A stretch of 64,000 nt of DNA from Carpediemonas membranifera BICM (GCA_019828565.1 JAHDYR010000013.1:62001-126000); one strand, 5' to 3'; positions 18,230 through 29,916 are shown, numbered from the stretch's first letter. Numbers and translations are program-made. Notes: generated from the sequence alone by a model not told the origin.

Positions 18230-21200
18230 TTACTGCCTGGAGTGCGCAGCACGGTGTAGTTCTCTCTGCTCAAGAAAGTCCTCAAACTTGTCACAGCCAT
18301 CGACATTCTCGAATGGCTCCCACGAAGCTTCGTCCGGCTCATAGCCCAGCCACTCAACCAAGTATTCGCGATTCTCGACCGGACCGGAGTCGGGCCGGGA
18401 CTTCACAATCTTGCTCGGTATATACTCGGCCGCAACAGTGTTAGCCAAGCGAGTAACTTGCTCCACGGACATGTCGCCGTGATCGAACGGGAGGACCCGG
18501 GAAGCGTCGACCCTGAACTGCTTCAGAGATTCAAGGTCACGCACAGTATAGGCAACAACCTTGTTGTACTCCTGGTGCACCGACACTAGTGCCATTGGGC
18601 CACGCAGGCCGGCGGCGAATTTGTCGGGTGGTCGATCGGGGTAAGCCACCAGGACGTATGGAGTCGAAACCGTGGCACGGGCGTCCGGCCTGTACTGCTG
18701 TAGGAGCCGCTTGCTCTTAATGCGCTCGGCAGCCATGAGCCGGTACGCCTTGGCCTCGGACAGCCAGTCCTCTTGCTGGTCAACGATATACGTCTCACCC
18801 GGCGCGATAACGGTAATGTCCTTTGGCACTCGCATCTCGGTGCCATACAGGATCTCGGCTGGGGAGAGTCGAGTAGGGACTCGAGGGGTCGAGTTAACAA
18901 GGTATTGGGCAATCGGTAAGCTGTGGACCCAATCATTGGATCTAAACTGGTAACGACGTGCTGTCAGGATGGACTTAACCGACACATTCGCTCGCTCTAC
19001 TAACCCATTCGACTGGGGATGATGAGCCGTCGTCTTTCTCGTTGTAAACCCGAGTCGGGCACTCAGGTCGTTAAAGACTGCGTTGACGAACTGGGATCCT
19101 CCATCCGTCTGCAGTACCTTCGGTACGCCGTATCGGAGGACCCAGTTATTGACAAACGCCCTGGACGTCTCGACCGCTCGGGTAGTCTGGAGCGGGACAA
19201 GCTCAGTCCAACGTGAGCACATGTCTATTACAACGAGGATATACTTATAGGTCGTGCCGTCGACCGTGCACGAGGTAGCGGACATAGTGTCCATGGCCAC
19301 TCGGTCGAAGGGGTGCTCGACCGCGGTGTGCAAACCCGCATCGGAAGAGGCCGGGGGCTTACGCCTTAACTGGCATATTGGGCACTTGGCGATATAGTCG
19401 TCCACGTCCTTCTGGCGGACACGTACGCCCCAGTCTCGAAGAAGGTTCTTGGTCGCCCAGGCGGACAAGTGAGCCCCGGCGAAGTGATGCGCCTTCTGCA
19501 GCCTGTCCGCGACTTGGGTATCGAGGGTGTTAGCGAACACGCGAGAAAGGCCATCTGCTGCCCCGTTGTCAACACCCGGAACGTGACGTATGGTGAAATC
19601 GAGGTCAGCTAGTTGGTCGTACCATCTACGGACCTTGGGGTTGATGGACTTGGCCATGAACAGCAGGTTGCGGTGATCAGTACGGATGGTAAAGTGCGTC
19701 CACGAGAGGAATTTCCGCCAACGCTGGACGGCCAGGATGATTGCGTAGGCTTCCTGCTCTGTGGTACTCCACCTAGTCTGAACCGCGGAGAATGCGTGGG
19801 ACATGAAAGCGATCGGCTGCCCGTCCTGTAGTAATACGGCGCCGCATCCCACGTCTGAGGCATCGGTCATGAGGACATGTGTCGCGTCCGTCTTGAAGTG
19901 AACGAGGGAGACCCGCTTAAGGAGCTCGGCGATAACGTCGCCCAGGGCCGCTTGCTGACCCGGCCCACCGGGTTCGGCCTTGCCAGCCGACACCTGCAAC
20001 AGAGGATGAGCTCGGGACGCGAAGTTGGGCACGAAGTCACGGAAATAATTGAGGAAACCGACGAGTGCCTGTGCGGACCGCTTGCTGGTCGGTAGTTTCA
20101 GCTTCTTAATGTCGTCGATGCGGTCTTCGGCAATCCTCACGGTGTCTCCGGACACGAGTCGACCCAGGAACTCGACCTCAGCCGCGGCGAAGACGCACTT
20201 ATCGCGACCTAGGTGTAGGTCATACTCTTGGCAACGTTTCAGGACGTCCCATAGGTTCCTTATGTAGGAAGGCTCGTCCCGACCCATGACAATAATGTCA
20301 TCGATGTAAATAAGGCACTTCCCTGCCGAGATCAGGTCGGAGAAAGCCTGCTCCATGGCCCACTGGAAATGAGAACCAGCGTTACGCAGACCAAAGGGCA
20401 TAGTCGTGTACTCAAACCGTCCAAGGGGGAGTCCCGAAGGCGGTCAGAGGACGAGAACGGTCCGTCAGTGCCACCTGATGGTAGCCGGCCTTGCAGTCGA
20501 GCGTAGCAAAGATGGTATTACCCCTGAGCTTAGCTAGACAATCCTCTATGATCGGGATAGGGTAGTTGAACGGGGGAGTCTTCGCGTTGACCAAACGGAA
20601 GTCGATAACGAACCGGGTACGGTCCTTCCCCTTTGGGACCAAGAATGCCGGTGAGGAGTAAGCCGATGCTGATGGCTGGATGAAGCCATGTCGGGACAGG
20701 TCGTCAAGGTGTTCCTGGAGAAGTGTCTTCTTCTCCGGCGGCATGAAGAACTCGCGGCTAAAGACGGGTTCATCATCAGACAAGACTAGATCGTAAGGGA
20801 TGAGCTTACTCGGACGCCCTACTCTGTCCTCGAACAGGCCGACAAACCGCGCGAGCAGTCTGTCCTGAAGGGAAGACGACTTGTCAGACAAGGTGAATAG
20901 GCTCAACTTCTGGGGAGTAATGACCGTTGAGACGTCTTCAGCCTGCTCGGCGTCATTGGCGTCAGACTCCTCGCAGTCGTCAATCTGAGGAAGGATCCCC
21001 AGGGTGACCATATCAGGGTACCCAATGATTAGATCGTACTCTGAGGGTAGGAGGTACGCACGAGTAGTAAAGGTGCACCCACGGGGGACCAGAGCTGATT
21101 TGGCAAAGGTTACTTCGGTGGAAATAGTCTGGTCGACTGTGATGACTCCAGCCGGTGTCGTCACCTCGACCGGGTCACAATGCAGGATCTTTTCGCCGGA

Positions 21201-22270
21201 CCTCTCGGCCACTTGCGGCGATATGAAGGTTGCTGACGCGCCACAGTCGAACAACATCGACTCTGCGCTGGTCCTGTATATGGATCCTGACACAATCGGA
21301 AGAGCCTGCGCTCTGCGTTTGCTAGACGCCGCGAAACAAGACAAATAAGAATAGTTCTGGACCTTTATACGGTCACAGAACTCTCTCTTATGGCCCTCGC
21401 GCCCGCACTTCTCACACTTGGACTTGGGCTTCCGGCACTCGGGGCTGAAATGGCCCTTGCCCCCGCAGTTGTAACAGGTTGGGGTCGTGCTGGTAGGGCG
21501 AGCCCGATCGCGGGACCGCTTGTCCGGGCGGTGATGGTCATGCGGGCGGTCACGACGGTCGTAGGGGCGGTCTCGGCGGTCATCTCGGCGGTCACGACGG
21601 TCGCGCTGGTTACGGCTCTGGCCGCGTTGCGGATGGGCGCCTGGCACGGGCGCTGTCGGACGGCGCGACTGATCGGAGCGGATCGCCTCGGTGAACGGAG
21701 CAAGGTACTCAGCCGACTCGGCTACGTCGCGTGCCGTCTTCATGGTGTATTGCTGGGTCTCCGCCAGTGAGCAACCCTCAGTCTGCTCCTTCAGTCTGTA
21801 GTAGAGGGATTGGCCCTTCACAGCAAAGGCCCGCAAGTAGGCTTCACGAATGGTGTCATCCTCGTCCATGTTAAGGCACTCCAACAAGGTGTTGAACTGC
21901 GAGTTGAGCTTCGACACCTCGAGCGGCGTGAACGCCGCGATGCGCAGCCTGATAAGGTTCAGGCATTGTTCCTTTCTGGTGGGCGCAAGGCAGCGGCGAG
22001 TCGCTGCATGATGATCTTCTCTCTGAGCTTGCGTGATGAAGTGGAAGGTTCGTCGTCATGTTGGTCACCCTGAGGAAGCGGAACCTCCTCTAGGGTCTCT
22101 AAGCCTAGCACTTGTGATGCATAGGACTGGATCTCCGGGCTTATAAGCTTGCGGAGCTTCGCCTTACCTCCTCTAGCCTTAAAGTCACGCAGTGACGTCG
22201 TAAAAGCTACGAAAGCGCTGAATGTTGCCTCTTTCAGGAGCGGCGCTTGTTTTTTCTGTTCTCTACCCAT
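18230..22270 (-). CDS. Gag-Pol of element B, broken by two single-base frameshifts
   Basis: Two CCHC knuckles, protease LFDCGA, RT YIDD, RNase H MTDASD, HHCC plus DDE integrase and chromodomain EYLVEWLGY. Frameshifts fall in short homopolymers near 21973 and 20427. Confidence 0.92.
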
Positions 22271-22423
22271 AGGTAAGTACTAGTACTGTGGTTTGGAAGA
22301 GAAAGAGTTTACGAGTAAAAAGAGGTTTGGACCCTCCCAGGGATATTGGTAGATATTAATACTGACTACACCTGTTCACATCAGTCCATTGTGGCGACAG
22401 AAGCTTCTACTGCTATTAAGAAC

Positions 22424-25400
22424 ATGGACATATCAGCTTTGAAGGATCCCCCTAACAAACGGGATTATGCTGCATGGAATCACTGGATCCTCCTACTGAA
22501 AAATCACAATCTCAGTGATAACAAGAACGTGCTGACACTTGGGAAGGTTCTATCGAACGCACCCGCATTGGCTTTCTTAGCCACCATTCATGACCCCACG
22601 GCGGAGCTGAAGGTTCTGCCCAATTCCTACTCTTCATCAACACGAAAGTTCACCTCTGCTACTGAACTCGTGTCGTATTTGGCCCAAGAGATAGAGCCAT
22701 ACCTCTCATCGAAGATGTATAACGGTTCATCTGACCGTTTCACGAAGCTCTCTCGAACAGTAACCATGCTTAAGGAGTATATTACTACTCTTCAGATTGT
22801 TCCCGATGAGGAGACGCCTGATGCTAAGGCTAAGCGTGAAGACAAGCTCTCGAAGGCAAGAGCTAACTATTTGACGACGATGGAGGAGACCATAGAGCAC
22901 TCGCTCGCTCTCCCTAAGGAGACGGCCCTATCCAAGACCGAAGCCCTCGGTAAGCAGGCCGACAATTACCTTGACTACTTGCGTCAGGAACTTAAGATGA
23001 CGGATTCTGATGCTCTAGCTATCTTGGCGGCTGTGTCGCAGGTCAATCACGGAACAAGGCTCGAATCGCTCGAGTCCACCATCACATTCCTATTGGCCTT
23101 CCGCCAGACCCTGGATTCGCTTCAGTGCTCCGATGACCATGGTCTAAGAAGTGAGATTAAGAGGCTCCTCATCGAAGGAGTGCGTGCCCCGAATGACGTC
23201 ACCCTCAACTACCTCTTTGGCACGGGGTACTCTCGGCGCATACTCGATCATACTGTGACTGTTGACACCTTGATTAGCGAGGCTCTCAAGAAGTCCACTG
23301 AGCTTCGCGACTTTCTACGTAGAGTTGATGGAGTCATGGAGGCTGTGACCCCCATCTCCACTCAGTCCAAGCCCTTCTCCCGTACTGTTAAGGGAGACAT
23401 CGCTCCGAGGGCGATGACCGCAGGCCCGAAGAACTCCGGTGGGAAATTCTGTTGCTTCCACCTCGTCGACGACCACGGTAGCAGTGACTGCCACGTCCTA
23501 CAGGCTGCGAATGCAAAGCAGCAAGCCGACATTACTAAGGTCCTTACCATCCCCAAGCTCATGAACCATGTCCGGAGAGCTCAGGATCTCGACAAGCAGC
23601 CTTGTAAGACTGCTTTAGCTGCTATGAAGGCGCACAATGTGACTCTGGAGTCCATCGCTGACCGAGTCAAGACTGAAGGGCGCTCGACACGCAACAAGAA
23701 CTCTTACAATGGTTTTATCCCGAAGGCTGAGCACTCGGGTATCTATGTTGAACCCATGATGACTGAGCTGCCTGAAACCTACGATGACTTCCTCGTCGAG
23801 GTTAGCACACGTCACGGCGGTCCTGTGGTTGTTGCAGAGGCCGACTCTTGTGCCAAGCAGTTTGCCGTTATGATGAGGCCTGAGGCGGCTGAACGCCTGG
23901 GTCTAACAGTTACACCGGCCGAGGGCCACGTCAACAGCTGGAATGGCCAGTGTGGCTGCTATGTTGGTACTACGACGCTGAGCCCTATTGTCTCCATGCC
24001 CGGTTGTTTCCCGGTGCGTGGCCGACAGCTTGATGCTGTTATTATCCCTGACCTACCCACGGCACTCATCCTGGGTAAGACTGCCATGCGTGCAGTAGGA
24101 CTGTCCTTTGGCGTTAATAAGCCAGAGCCGGAGGAGGATAAGACTCCTTCGACAGATCCGGTCAACGACTTTGTTGAGTTAGCTAACCTATATGTCGGCG
24201 GCTACACTCTTCCTACTATCCATGATTCGAACCTCGGTGATCTTGCACCTAAGTTCCATGCACTGTGCGAGAAGCATAGTGAGCTCTTTGGTCCGTTGCA
24301 CCCATCGGGAGCTGATTTGGCAGAGTTTGACATTATCTGGAAGGATGGCATCGTCCCCTCCCAGATCATGAGACCTATCCGGAACAAGGCCCACCTCGAG
24401 GCCATGGATACCTTTATTGAGTCTATGCTTGATAACGGGACCATCGAGAGCACAACTGCTGACCTGAAATGGCTCTCCCCCGTGTTTATGGTTGGTAAGC
24501 CCTCCGCGAACCCACCGTTCAGACCCATTCTCGACTACCGCCATGTTAACGCGGCTACTGAGGTCGAGGAACATCCTATGCCAACTGTGGAAGAGCTTTA
24601 CGAGGCATGTCGAGGCTCCGAGGTGTTTGCCTGCTTCGACCTCCGCTCGGGTTTCCATCAGCTCAATCTGACCGAGCAGGCCTCTATGGCGACAGGCTTT
24701 GAACATCGTGGCGAGAGATATGTCTTCCGTCGTCTGCCCTTTGGCCTCATGAATGGGCCTATGATCTTTCAGTCCAGACTTGATGGTCTGCGTCGCAAGT
24801 ACAAGCTTAAGTGCCTGATCTTTGTTGATGACGTACTCTGCTACGCAGGCTCGGCTGCAGACCTCCTTTCTGTGGTTGAGGAGCTGTTTGACGTCTGCTG
24901 TGATCATCGAATCCGGCTGTCGGGGCCCAAGTCTCACATTGGCTTAACCCAAATTGATTATCTGGGTTCGGTTGTGTCTGGAACGGGGGTCTCGATCCAC
25001 CCATCCAGACTCGACTCATTGACTAATATCCGTGTCCCTCTGAACAAGTCCGAAGCACAACATGTGCTCGGGGTTTTTGGCTTTATCAGAAGATTTATAC
25101 CGGACTACATCGGAAAGGCAGACCCTCTCGAGAGGTTTAAGGCCGGGGAGACGATTTCAGTTGAGCAGAGACGCCACTCCCTTGAGTGTTTGAGAGAGGC
25201 TGCAAGTGAGGCGGTCACACTCTATCATTTCAATCCCAACAAGCCACTCGATCTCTATACTGACGCGAGCAACGTGGGCGTTGGTGCCGTCCTGGTGCAG
25301 GATGGCCACCCTTTGGCATTCTTTTCACGCCGCTTTGACAAACAGCAGTGTGTCTGGAAGACTGTCGAGAAAGAGCAGTGGGCTGTGTTCGCTGCTCTGG

Positions 25401-26962
25401 AGCGCTTCCGTCCTATGCTTATTGGTACGCCCATATCACTCCACACTGACAACTCATGCCTTGTGTCGATGGTTGCATCCTCGACGCCCAAGGTCACTCG
25501 TTGGGCCTTAGAGATGGCCCGCTTCCCCATCTATGAAGTCGTGCATATCCCTGGGCGCGACAACACGGCTGCTGACAGCCTGTCAAGGCTTCCCATCATG
25601 TATATTGGGGAGAACGCTGTTCTGACTGACGACATCAAGCAATCTCGCTTCCAGTCTGTGCACAGCAGGCATCATGCCGGAGTAGACACCACCCTACACC
25701 TCTTGGAGGTTGCCGGACTCAGTTGGACTGGGGCTCGAAAGGACGTGGAGTCTTATGTAGAACGGTGTGTGACATGTCAGCGCTCACACCGTGCTCAACC
25801 AAATGTCATGTACATCGAGCGCCAGCTGCCAGCTGACAGGCCGTTGGCCACGCTCCACGTGGATACTATCGGACCTATAACTCCTGAGGACTCGGGCTAC
25901 CGGTATATCATGACATGCGTTGACGGAGGTTCCCACCTCACCCACCTTATCCCTCTTAAGAGCACTGAGGCTCGCGAGACTATTATGGCAATCCGGTCGA
26001 TCATCATCGCGCGTTGGGCGTGCCCCGACCAGATTGTAACTGACAGTGGTACTCAGTTTTGCAACCATGACTTTAAGACCTTCTGCGCTACCTTCGGCAT
26101 TTACCATCGCGTAACTACGCCTGAAAGGCACGAGGCAAATGGCCTCGTTGAGAGATTTAACCGGGAGGCCAACAAGCACCTTAGGGTCGCTATTGGAACG
26201 TTATCTGATTGTCCGCGCCACCAATGGCGCAATGCTATGTCCCAAGCGGAGATTAACATCAATGCTACCCCCAGTGTGTCACTGGGAGGCGCTACGCCTA
26301 GAGAGGTTGCTCTTTCGGCTGCACTTGTCCATCACGCTGTTAAGAACGGCGAACCTATCACTCCTGACAGATCGCATATCACTGCCGAGACGCAGGAGCG
26401 CGCTAAGAGCGTTATTGCCAAGCTACAGGCAGCTCAGCTTCACCGGAGGAGGTGGAAGGATGAGCATTTCCCTCGATTCGGTTCGAAGCAGCTCAATATC
26501 GGCGATTGGGTCCTGGTTAAGCGTGACCAGCCTGTACCTCGTCTTGAGTTCCACTTGCGCGGACCTTATCTGGTGACAGGAGCCGCTGACGGTCCTGATA
26601 CCTACAGCCTGATGAATCCTGTGACCAAGGTCATCATCAAGCGTCATGCGAACAGACTCGCAAAGCTCCCTCGTAAGCCCTCTGTTGGAGAGGCCAAGGT
26701 TGCGTTCATGTCCGACACTGTCTGGGGTGTCGTAGACTCTATCGTTGGTTGGCGTCTTGAAGCCGACACTCTCGAGCCAGTTCTGACTGTTCACTGGCTT
26801 GGGCATGAATCAGATGAAGACAGCGAGCGGCGTTACACTGAGATCAAGACGCTCTCCGCTCTCACCCACTATCGTTCATCTCACCCTGACCTTGACCGTG
26901 CGATCAAGGCTTTCGAGGCCAAGCCTCAGTCCGGTCACAGACGTGCCAACAGACTGGACTAG
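22424..26962 (+). CDS. Intact single-ORF Gag-Pol of element A
   Basis: Atypical knuckle CCFHLVDDHGSSDC, protease EADSCA, RT FVDD, RNase H LYTDASN, integrase HVDTIG/TDSGTQF/GLVERFN and chromodomain LTVHWLGH. Confidence 0.93.
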   Translation: MDISALKDPPNKRDYAAWNHWILLLKNHNLSDNKNVLTLGKVLSNAPALAFLATIHDPTAELKVLPNSYSSSTRKFTSATELVSYLAQEIEPYLSSKMYNGSSDRFTKLSRTVTMLKEYITTLQIVPDEETPDAKAKREDKLSKARANYLTTMEETIEHSLALPKETALSKTEALGKQADNYLDYLRQELKMTDSDALAILAAVSQVNHGTRLESLESTITFLLAFRQTLDSLQCSDDHGLRSEIKRLLIEGVRAPNDVTLNYLFGTGYSRRILDHTVTVDTLISEALKKSTELRDFLRRVDGVMEAVTPISTQSKPFSRTVKGDIAPRAMTAGPKNSGGKFCCFHLVDDHGSSDCHVLQAANAKQQADITKVLTIPKLMNHVRRAQDLDKQPCKTALAAMKAHNVTLESIADRVKTEGRSTRNKNSYNGFIPKAEHSGIYVEPMMTELPETYDDFLVEVSTRHGGPVVVAEADSCAKQFAVMMRPEAAERLGLTVTPAEGHVNSWNGQCGCYVGTTTLSPIVSMPGCFPVRGRQLDAVIIPDLPTALILGKTAMRAVGLSFGVNKPEPEEDKTPSTDPVNDFVELANLYVGGYTLPTIHDSNLGDLAPKFHALCEKHSELFGPLHPSGADLAEFDIIWKDGIVPSQIMRPIRNKAHLEAMDTFIESMLDNGTIESTTADLKWLSPVFMVGKPSANPPFRPILDYRHVNAATEVEEHPMPTVEELYEACRGSEVFACFDLRSGFHQLNLTEQASMATGFEHRGERYVFRRLPFGLMNGPMIFQSRLDGLRRKYKLKCLIFVDDVLCYAGSAADLLSVVEELFDVCCDHRIRLSGPKSHIGLTQIDYLGSVVSGTGVSIHPSRLDSLTNIRVPLNKSEAQHVLGVFGFIRRFIPDYIGKADPLERFKAGETISVEQRRHSLECLREAASEAVTLYHFNPNKPLDLYTDASNVGVGAVLVQDGHPLAFFSRRFDKQQCVWKTVEKEQWAVFAALERFRPMLIGTPISLHTDNSCLVSMVASSTPKVTRWALEMARFPIYEVVHIPGRDNTAADSLSRLPIMYIGENAVLTDDIKQSRFQSVHSRHHAGVDTTLHLLEVAGLSWTGARKDVESYVERCVTCQRSHRAQPNVMYIERQLPADRPLATLHVDTIGPITPEDSGYRYIMTCVDGGSHLTHLIPLKSTEARETIMAIRSIIIARWACPDQIVTDSGTQFCNHDFKTFCATFGIYHRVTTPERHEANGLVERFNREANKHLRVAIGTLSDCPRHQWRNAMSQAEININATPSVSLGGATPREVALSAALVHHAVKNGEPITPDRSHITAETQERAKSVIAKLQAAQLHRRRWKDEHFPRFGSKQLNIGDWVLVKRDQPVPRLEFHLRGPYLVTGAADGPDTYSLMNPVTKVIIKRHANRLAKLPRKPSVGEAKVAFMSDTVWGVVDSIVGWRLEADTLEPVLTVHWLGHESDEDSERRYTEIKTLSALTHYRSSHPDLDRAIKAFEAKPQSGHRRANRLD

Positions 26963-27122
26963 TTCCTCTGGAGGGGAATGTAGTGTGAGATAAACTGCAC
27001 CCCTGTTCACATCAGTCCATTGTGGCGACAGCTGTCTCAGCAGGTGCAGGATAAGACCTCGAACGAGATCATCGAGACATGACCTTAATCTGCACTTTCA
27101 CCAGTCGTTGCCATACTGACGA

Positions 27123-27462
27123 ATGGAGTCCCGCAGCCAGCAATATTACCGCGATCATGAAGAGGAAGTTCGTTACTTTATCCATCTGAGTGTTACACTA
27201 GCTTAACGAGCTTTCAAACAAGATTGCCATCCTCAAGGATCTCTCTAGCGACCTGGGGACAACAGTTCAGGACCAGGATGACCTCCTCGGCTCAGTAGGT
27301 GATAGCATGTCGACTACTTCCGCTGCGATACACAAGACGGCGGAGAAGGTCTCCTACATGATCCACCACAAGAAGGTCAGCCTCATCTACATCGTCCTGC
27401 TCGTCCTGGTTGTATTCCTCATTGCATACATGCTCATCAGCTATCTTCTGAGGAGCCACTGA
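27123..27462 (+). CDS. Bet1-like Qc-SNARE (1 intron; absent from the ORF track)
   Basis: MESRSQQYYRDHEEE, then a 34-nt intron at 27168-27201, then LNELSNKIAILKDLSSDLGTTVQDQDDLL and a C-terminal TM anchor. Confidence 0.82.
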
Positions 27463-27684
27463 GTTGCCAGCCATGTCCTCCGTTGTTCGACACGGCTTGA
27501 GTCAAGAAGAAGAATGCTGCCGACTAAAGTAGGCTGCACACACTATCCTAGACCCACACAGGTAACCGACGATTGATGTGTTAACGGGCATGTCTGGTGA
27601 GTGATACGGGGGCTGGATGGGTTGTATGCCGGCCAGTGTCCCAGTTGCGGCGAGAAAACTCTGCCAAGTCGATTGCTCAGACAG

Positions 27685-29172
27685 ATGGCCGAACTCGAAC
27701 GCGCGTGGCGTATTTACAGTGCTACTGTGTGGTTTAGCTTGTTCCATGTCGTGCTAATCAGCTGCTACTCGCTATTGCGGTCATTCCACTTCGTTTCCTT
27801 GATTCCAGCATTCATTGCCAGTTGCGCGGCAATCCCGCTTACCTTCACGTTTGTGAAGCTCTTTACGGTCCCCAGCTACCGCATTCGGTGGACTGTTCTC
27901 TGGATCCTCTCTGTTTTCGACCGTGTGACCCTTGTTGCCTTCTCATGCCACATGCTTTGGGCCGCAATCCTCTTCCTCACCGTCGCATCCCACAGTATAA
28001 GCGTCATCCCGCCAGCAGTGGTTACCTCCATCACACTTCTGGCCATGTCGGCCCGAGTCGACGCCATGACGCTGCGGCCTGCCCCCATTCCCACCCGCAT
28101 CTTCGACGCCATCCGGGCACCCCTCCCTGCCTCTGCAATGTACACCACAGTCGTTCCTCTCGCGCCCCTCATTGCCCTGCGCCTCGTCTTCACCTTCCCC
28201 CTCTTCTCTGTGCTCCCGTGCGCCGTCCTGGCGGGCCTGCTCCACGTGTCTGCGATCCACTGCATGCACGCGGTGTTCACCTGCCCCTGCAGATCCGCCA
28301 TGCCCACACCACAGTTATTCATGGACGCGCTCGCCCTCGTCCAGGCCCGCAGACCCCTGCTGCTGTCCCACTACCTCGCTCTCGCGGACATCGAGGCCTT
28401 GGTCGCCACAGGCGGGCTGGACCTCACTGAGTCCCAGCTGGTGTCATCCGAGCCACACCCGGCCGCCATGGCGGGACCTGTAACAGCAATGGTCCCTGCA
28501 CCCACGACTGATAGCCCCGTAGCGCTGTGGGCAGCTGTCCACGCCCTGTGCTCAGTCGTACTCGCGGTCCACCTTGAGGAGATGCTCGACCAGGTTCGGG
28601 CCAGCAACCCCGCCGTACACGACAAGATCGCCACCCGCCTCATCAAGGCCCTCGCGGAGGTGTCCTACTGCGTTGACACCGGTGTCGCCGTTGACCGGCT
28701 CAGACACGAGCTCAGGCCCGAGCCCGTCTCGGCCTGGGCCAAGCGGCTGGACGCCATTGCCCGGACGTACCCTAGCCTGCACACTCTGACTGGTCTGCCC
28801 GGCCTGCTGAGGGCCGCCGCCCTGACCCACGGCGTCGTCTCTGCGGGTCAACTGGTTCACCTCTGTGCGCAGATCGACGAGACCGTGCTCGCGACGGCCG
28901 CCATCCCTGCATCATTCGGCCCCGCCGCCCAGACCCACCTGGCCCTCGTCAGCACGGCGACACAGTGCACCAAGGAGCTCGTCGAACTCACCCGCGGTCG
29001 CCCATATGCTGTGGGAAATGCGGGCATGTCCGTGGCCGCCAGGGCTCGGGCAGCCCGTGCGGTGGGGGGGAGCCGGCTGAGGAACCGGATGCACTACGCC
29101 ATGGCGTCGTACAGGGGCCTGCTCAAGCGGCACAAGGCAAGGTCGAGTCGGATTGTGGCACGGTTCATGTGA
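27685..29172 (+). CDS. Multi-pass membrane protein, Ndc1 nucleoporin-like
   Basis: About six N-terminal TM segments and a soluble C-terminus; HYLALADI and LWAAVHALC resemble Ndc1 motifs. Confidence 0.55.
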   Translation: MAELERAWRIYSATVWFSLFHVVLISCYSLLRSFHFVSLIPAFIASCAAIPLTFTFVKLFTVPSYRIRWTVLWILSVFDRVTLVAFSCHMLWAAILFLTVASHSISVIPPAVVTSITLLAMSARVDAMTLRPAPIPTRIFDAIRAPLPASAMYTTVVPLAPLIALRLVFTFPLFSVLPCAVLAGLLHVSAIHCMHAVFTCPCRSAMPTPQLFMDALALVQARRPLLLSHYLALADIEALVATGGLDLTESQLVSSEPHPAAMAGPVTAMVPAPTTDSPVALWAAVHALCSVVLAVHLEEMLDQVRASNPAVHDKIATRLIKALAEVSYCVDTGVAVDRLRHELRPEPVSAWAKRLDAIARTYPSLHTLTGLPGLLRAAALTHGVVSAGQLVHLCAQIDETVLATAAIPASFGPAAQTHLALVSTATQCTKELVELTRGRPYAVGNAGMSVAARARAARAVGGSRLRNRMHYAMASYRGLLKRHKARSSRIVARFM

Positions 29173-29916
29173 GGGTCGTGCCCAGTTTATGGCGCTCATG
29201 AGAGATAAATCGATGCTTGTTCTTACGGTCATCGGGATGTTGACTGTTGGTTGGATGACCCGGACTGGCCTGGCAGAGCCGCCAGACGACAAAGGCTTAT
29301 AGCCCTACTTCACCAAAGAAGACATGGAGTTGGCCTGCCACTGGTGACTTACAGGGCCGAACACCCAGGTGTGTCGGCAGAGCCACGGTAGTATTCTTGG
29401 CCATGGGGGTGTATTCCTCCCTCCCCTCGATCGAGATGCCCCGACACAGTCGGAGTGAACTTGATGGCTGTCCTGGCGTCAGCCGACACCTCTATCGGGG
29501 CTGGCTGACTAAATTTTTTCGACATGTGTGTCGTGGAGAGCCAATGGAAACTGCCACCCGCCACACCGCTGCAAAGGGAGTTTACAATGGCTTTGACTCT
29601 CAACCAACTGGTTGTGAGGGGCGGGTCCACGATGACTTCGAGCACATCAACCGCCCAGCATGTCAAGCTCAAATTGGATAACACGCACTCGCAAGGGGGA
29701 TGATAATCCGAAAAGGCTGATATCAGTGGTAAAATCGTCGAACGGCCGAGACTGACTCTTCGTCGATGGGTCGGAGTCATCCATGCACTGGTGGTTCAGT
29801 CCATGGCGAAGAAACTCTGCCCGTCTCCACATCTAGCGTGGATACACTTCTCTTCTCATGTCGCTACAGCGGAGGCAGGGGACAACCCTGCTCGGTGCAC
29901 TTTAAGGTCATCGAAA

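Larger units (their letters stand above)
16335..22370 (-). mobile_element. Ty3/Gypsy chromodomain LTR retrotransposon B (84-bp identical LTRs)
   Basis: Identical TG..CA direct repeats at 16335-16418 and 22287-22370; TSD CCTG at 16331-16334 and 22371-22374; PPT GGGGGGGAAG on the - strand at 16419-16428. Confidence 0.95.
16309..27030 (+). mobile_element. Ty3/Gypsy chromodomain LTR retrotransposon A (52-bp LTRs; 5' LTR split by element B)
   Basis: 3' LTR 26979-27030 TGTAGT..GCGACA; 5' LTR is 16309-16334 plus 22375-22399; PPT GGAGGGGAA at 26970-26978; no TSD evident. Confidence 0.9.

Noticed and set aside
20420-21980. Programmed ribosomal frameshifts in element B
   Set aside because: The breaks fall inside Gag and RT at short homopolymers, not at the gag-pol boundary; single-base mutations or assembly errors are more likely.
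22392-22404. TGGCGACAG as a tRNA primer-binding site of element A
   Set aside because: The same sequence is in the 3' repeat, so it belongs to the LTR.
27027-27044. TSD or second palindrome (GACAGCTGTC) at the right end of element A
   Set aside because: Flanks TCAGG and GCTGT do not match. A CAGG lies 10 nt away and the palindrome is half LTR sequence, so it cannot be told from chance.
29180-29900. Gene or ncRNA in the 0.7-kb gap before U2AF35
   Set aside because: Only short ORFs and no convincing motif; it may be a decayed gene but cannot be supported.
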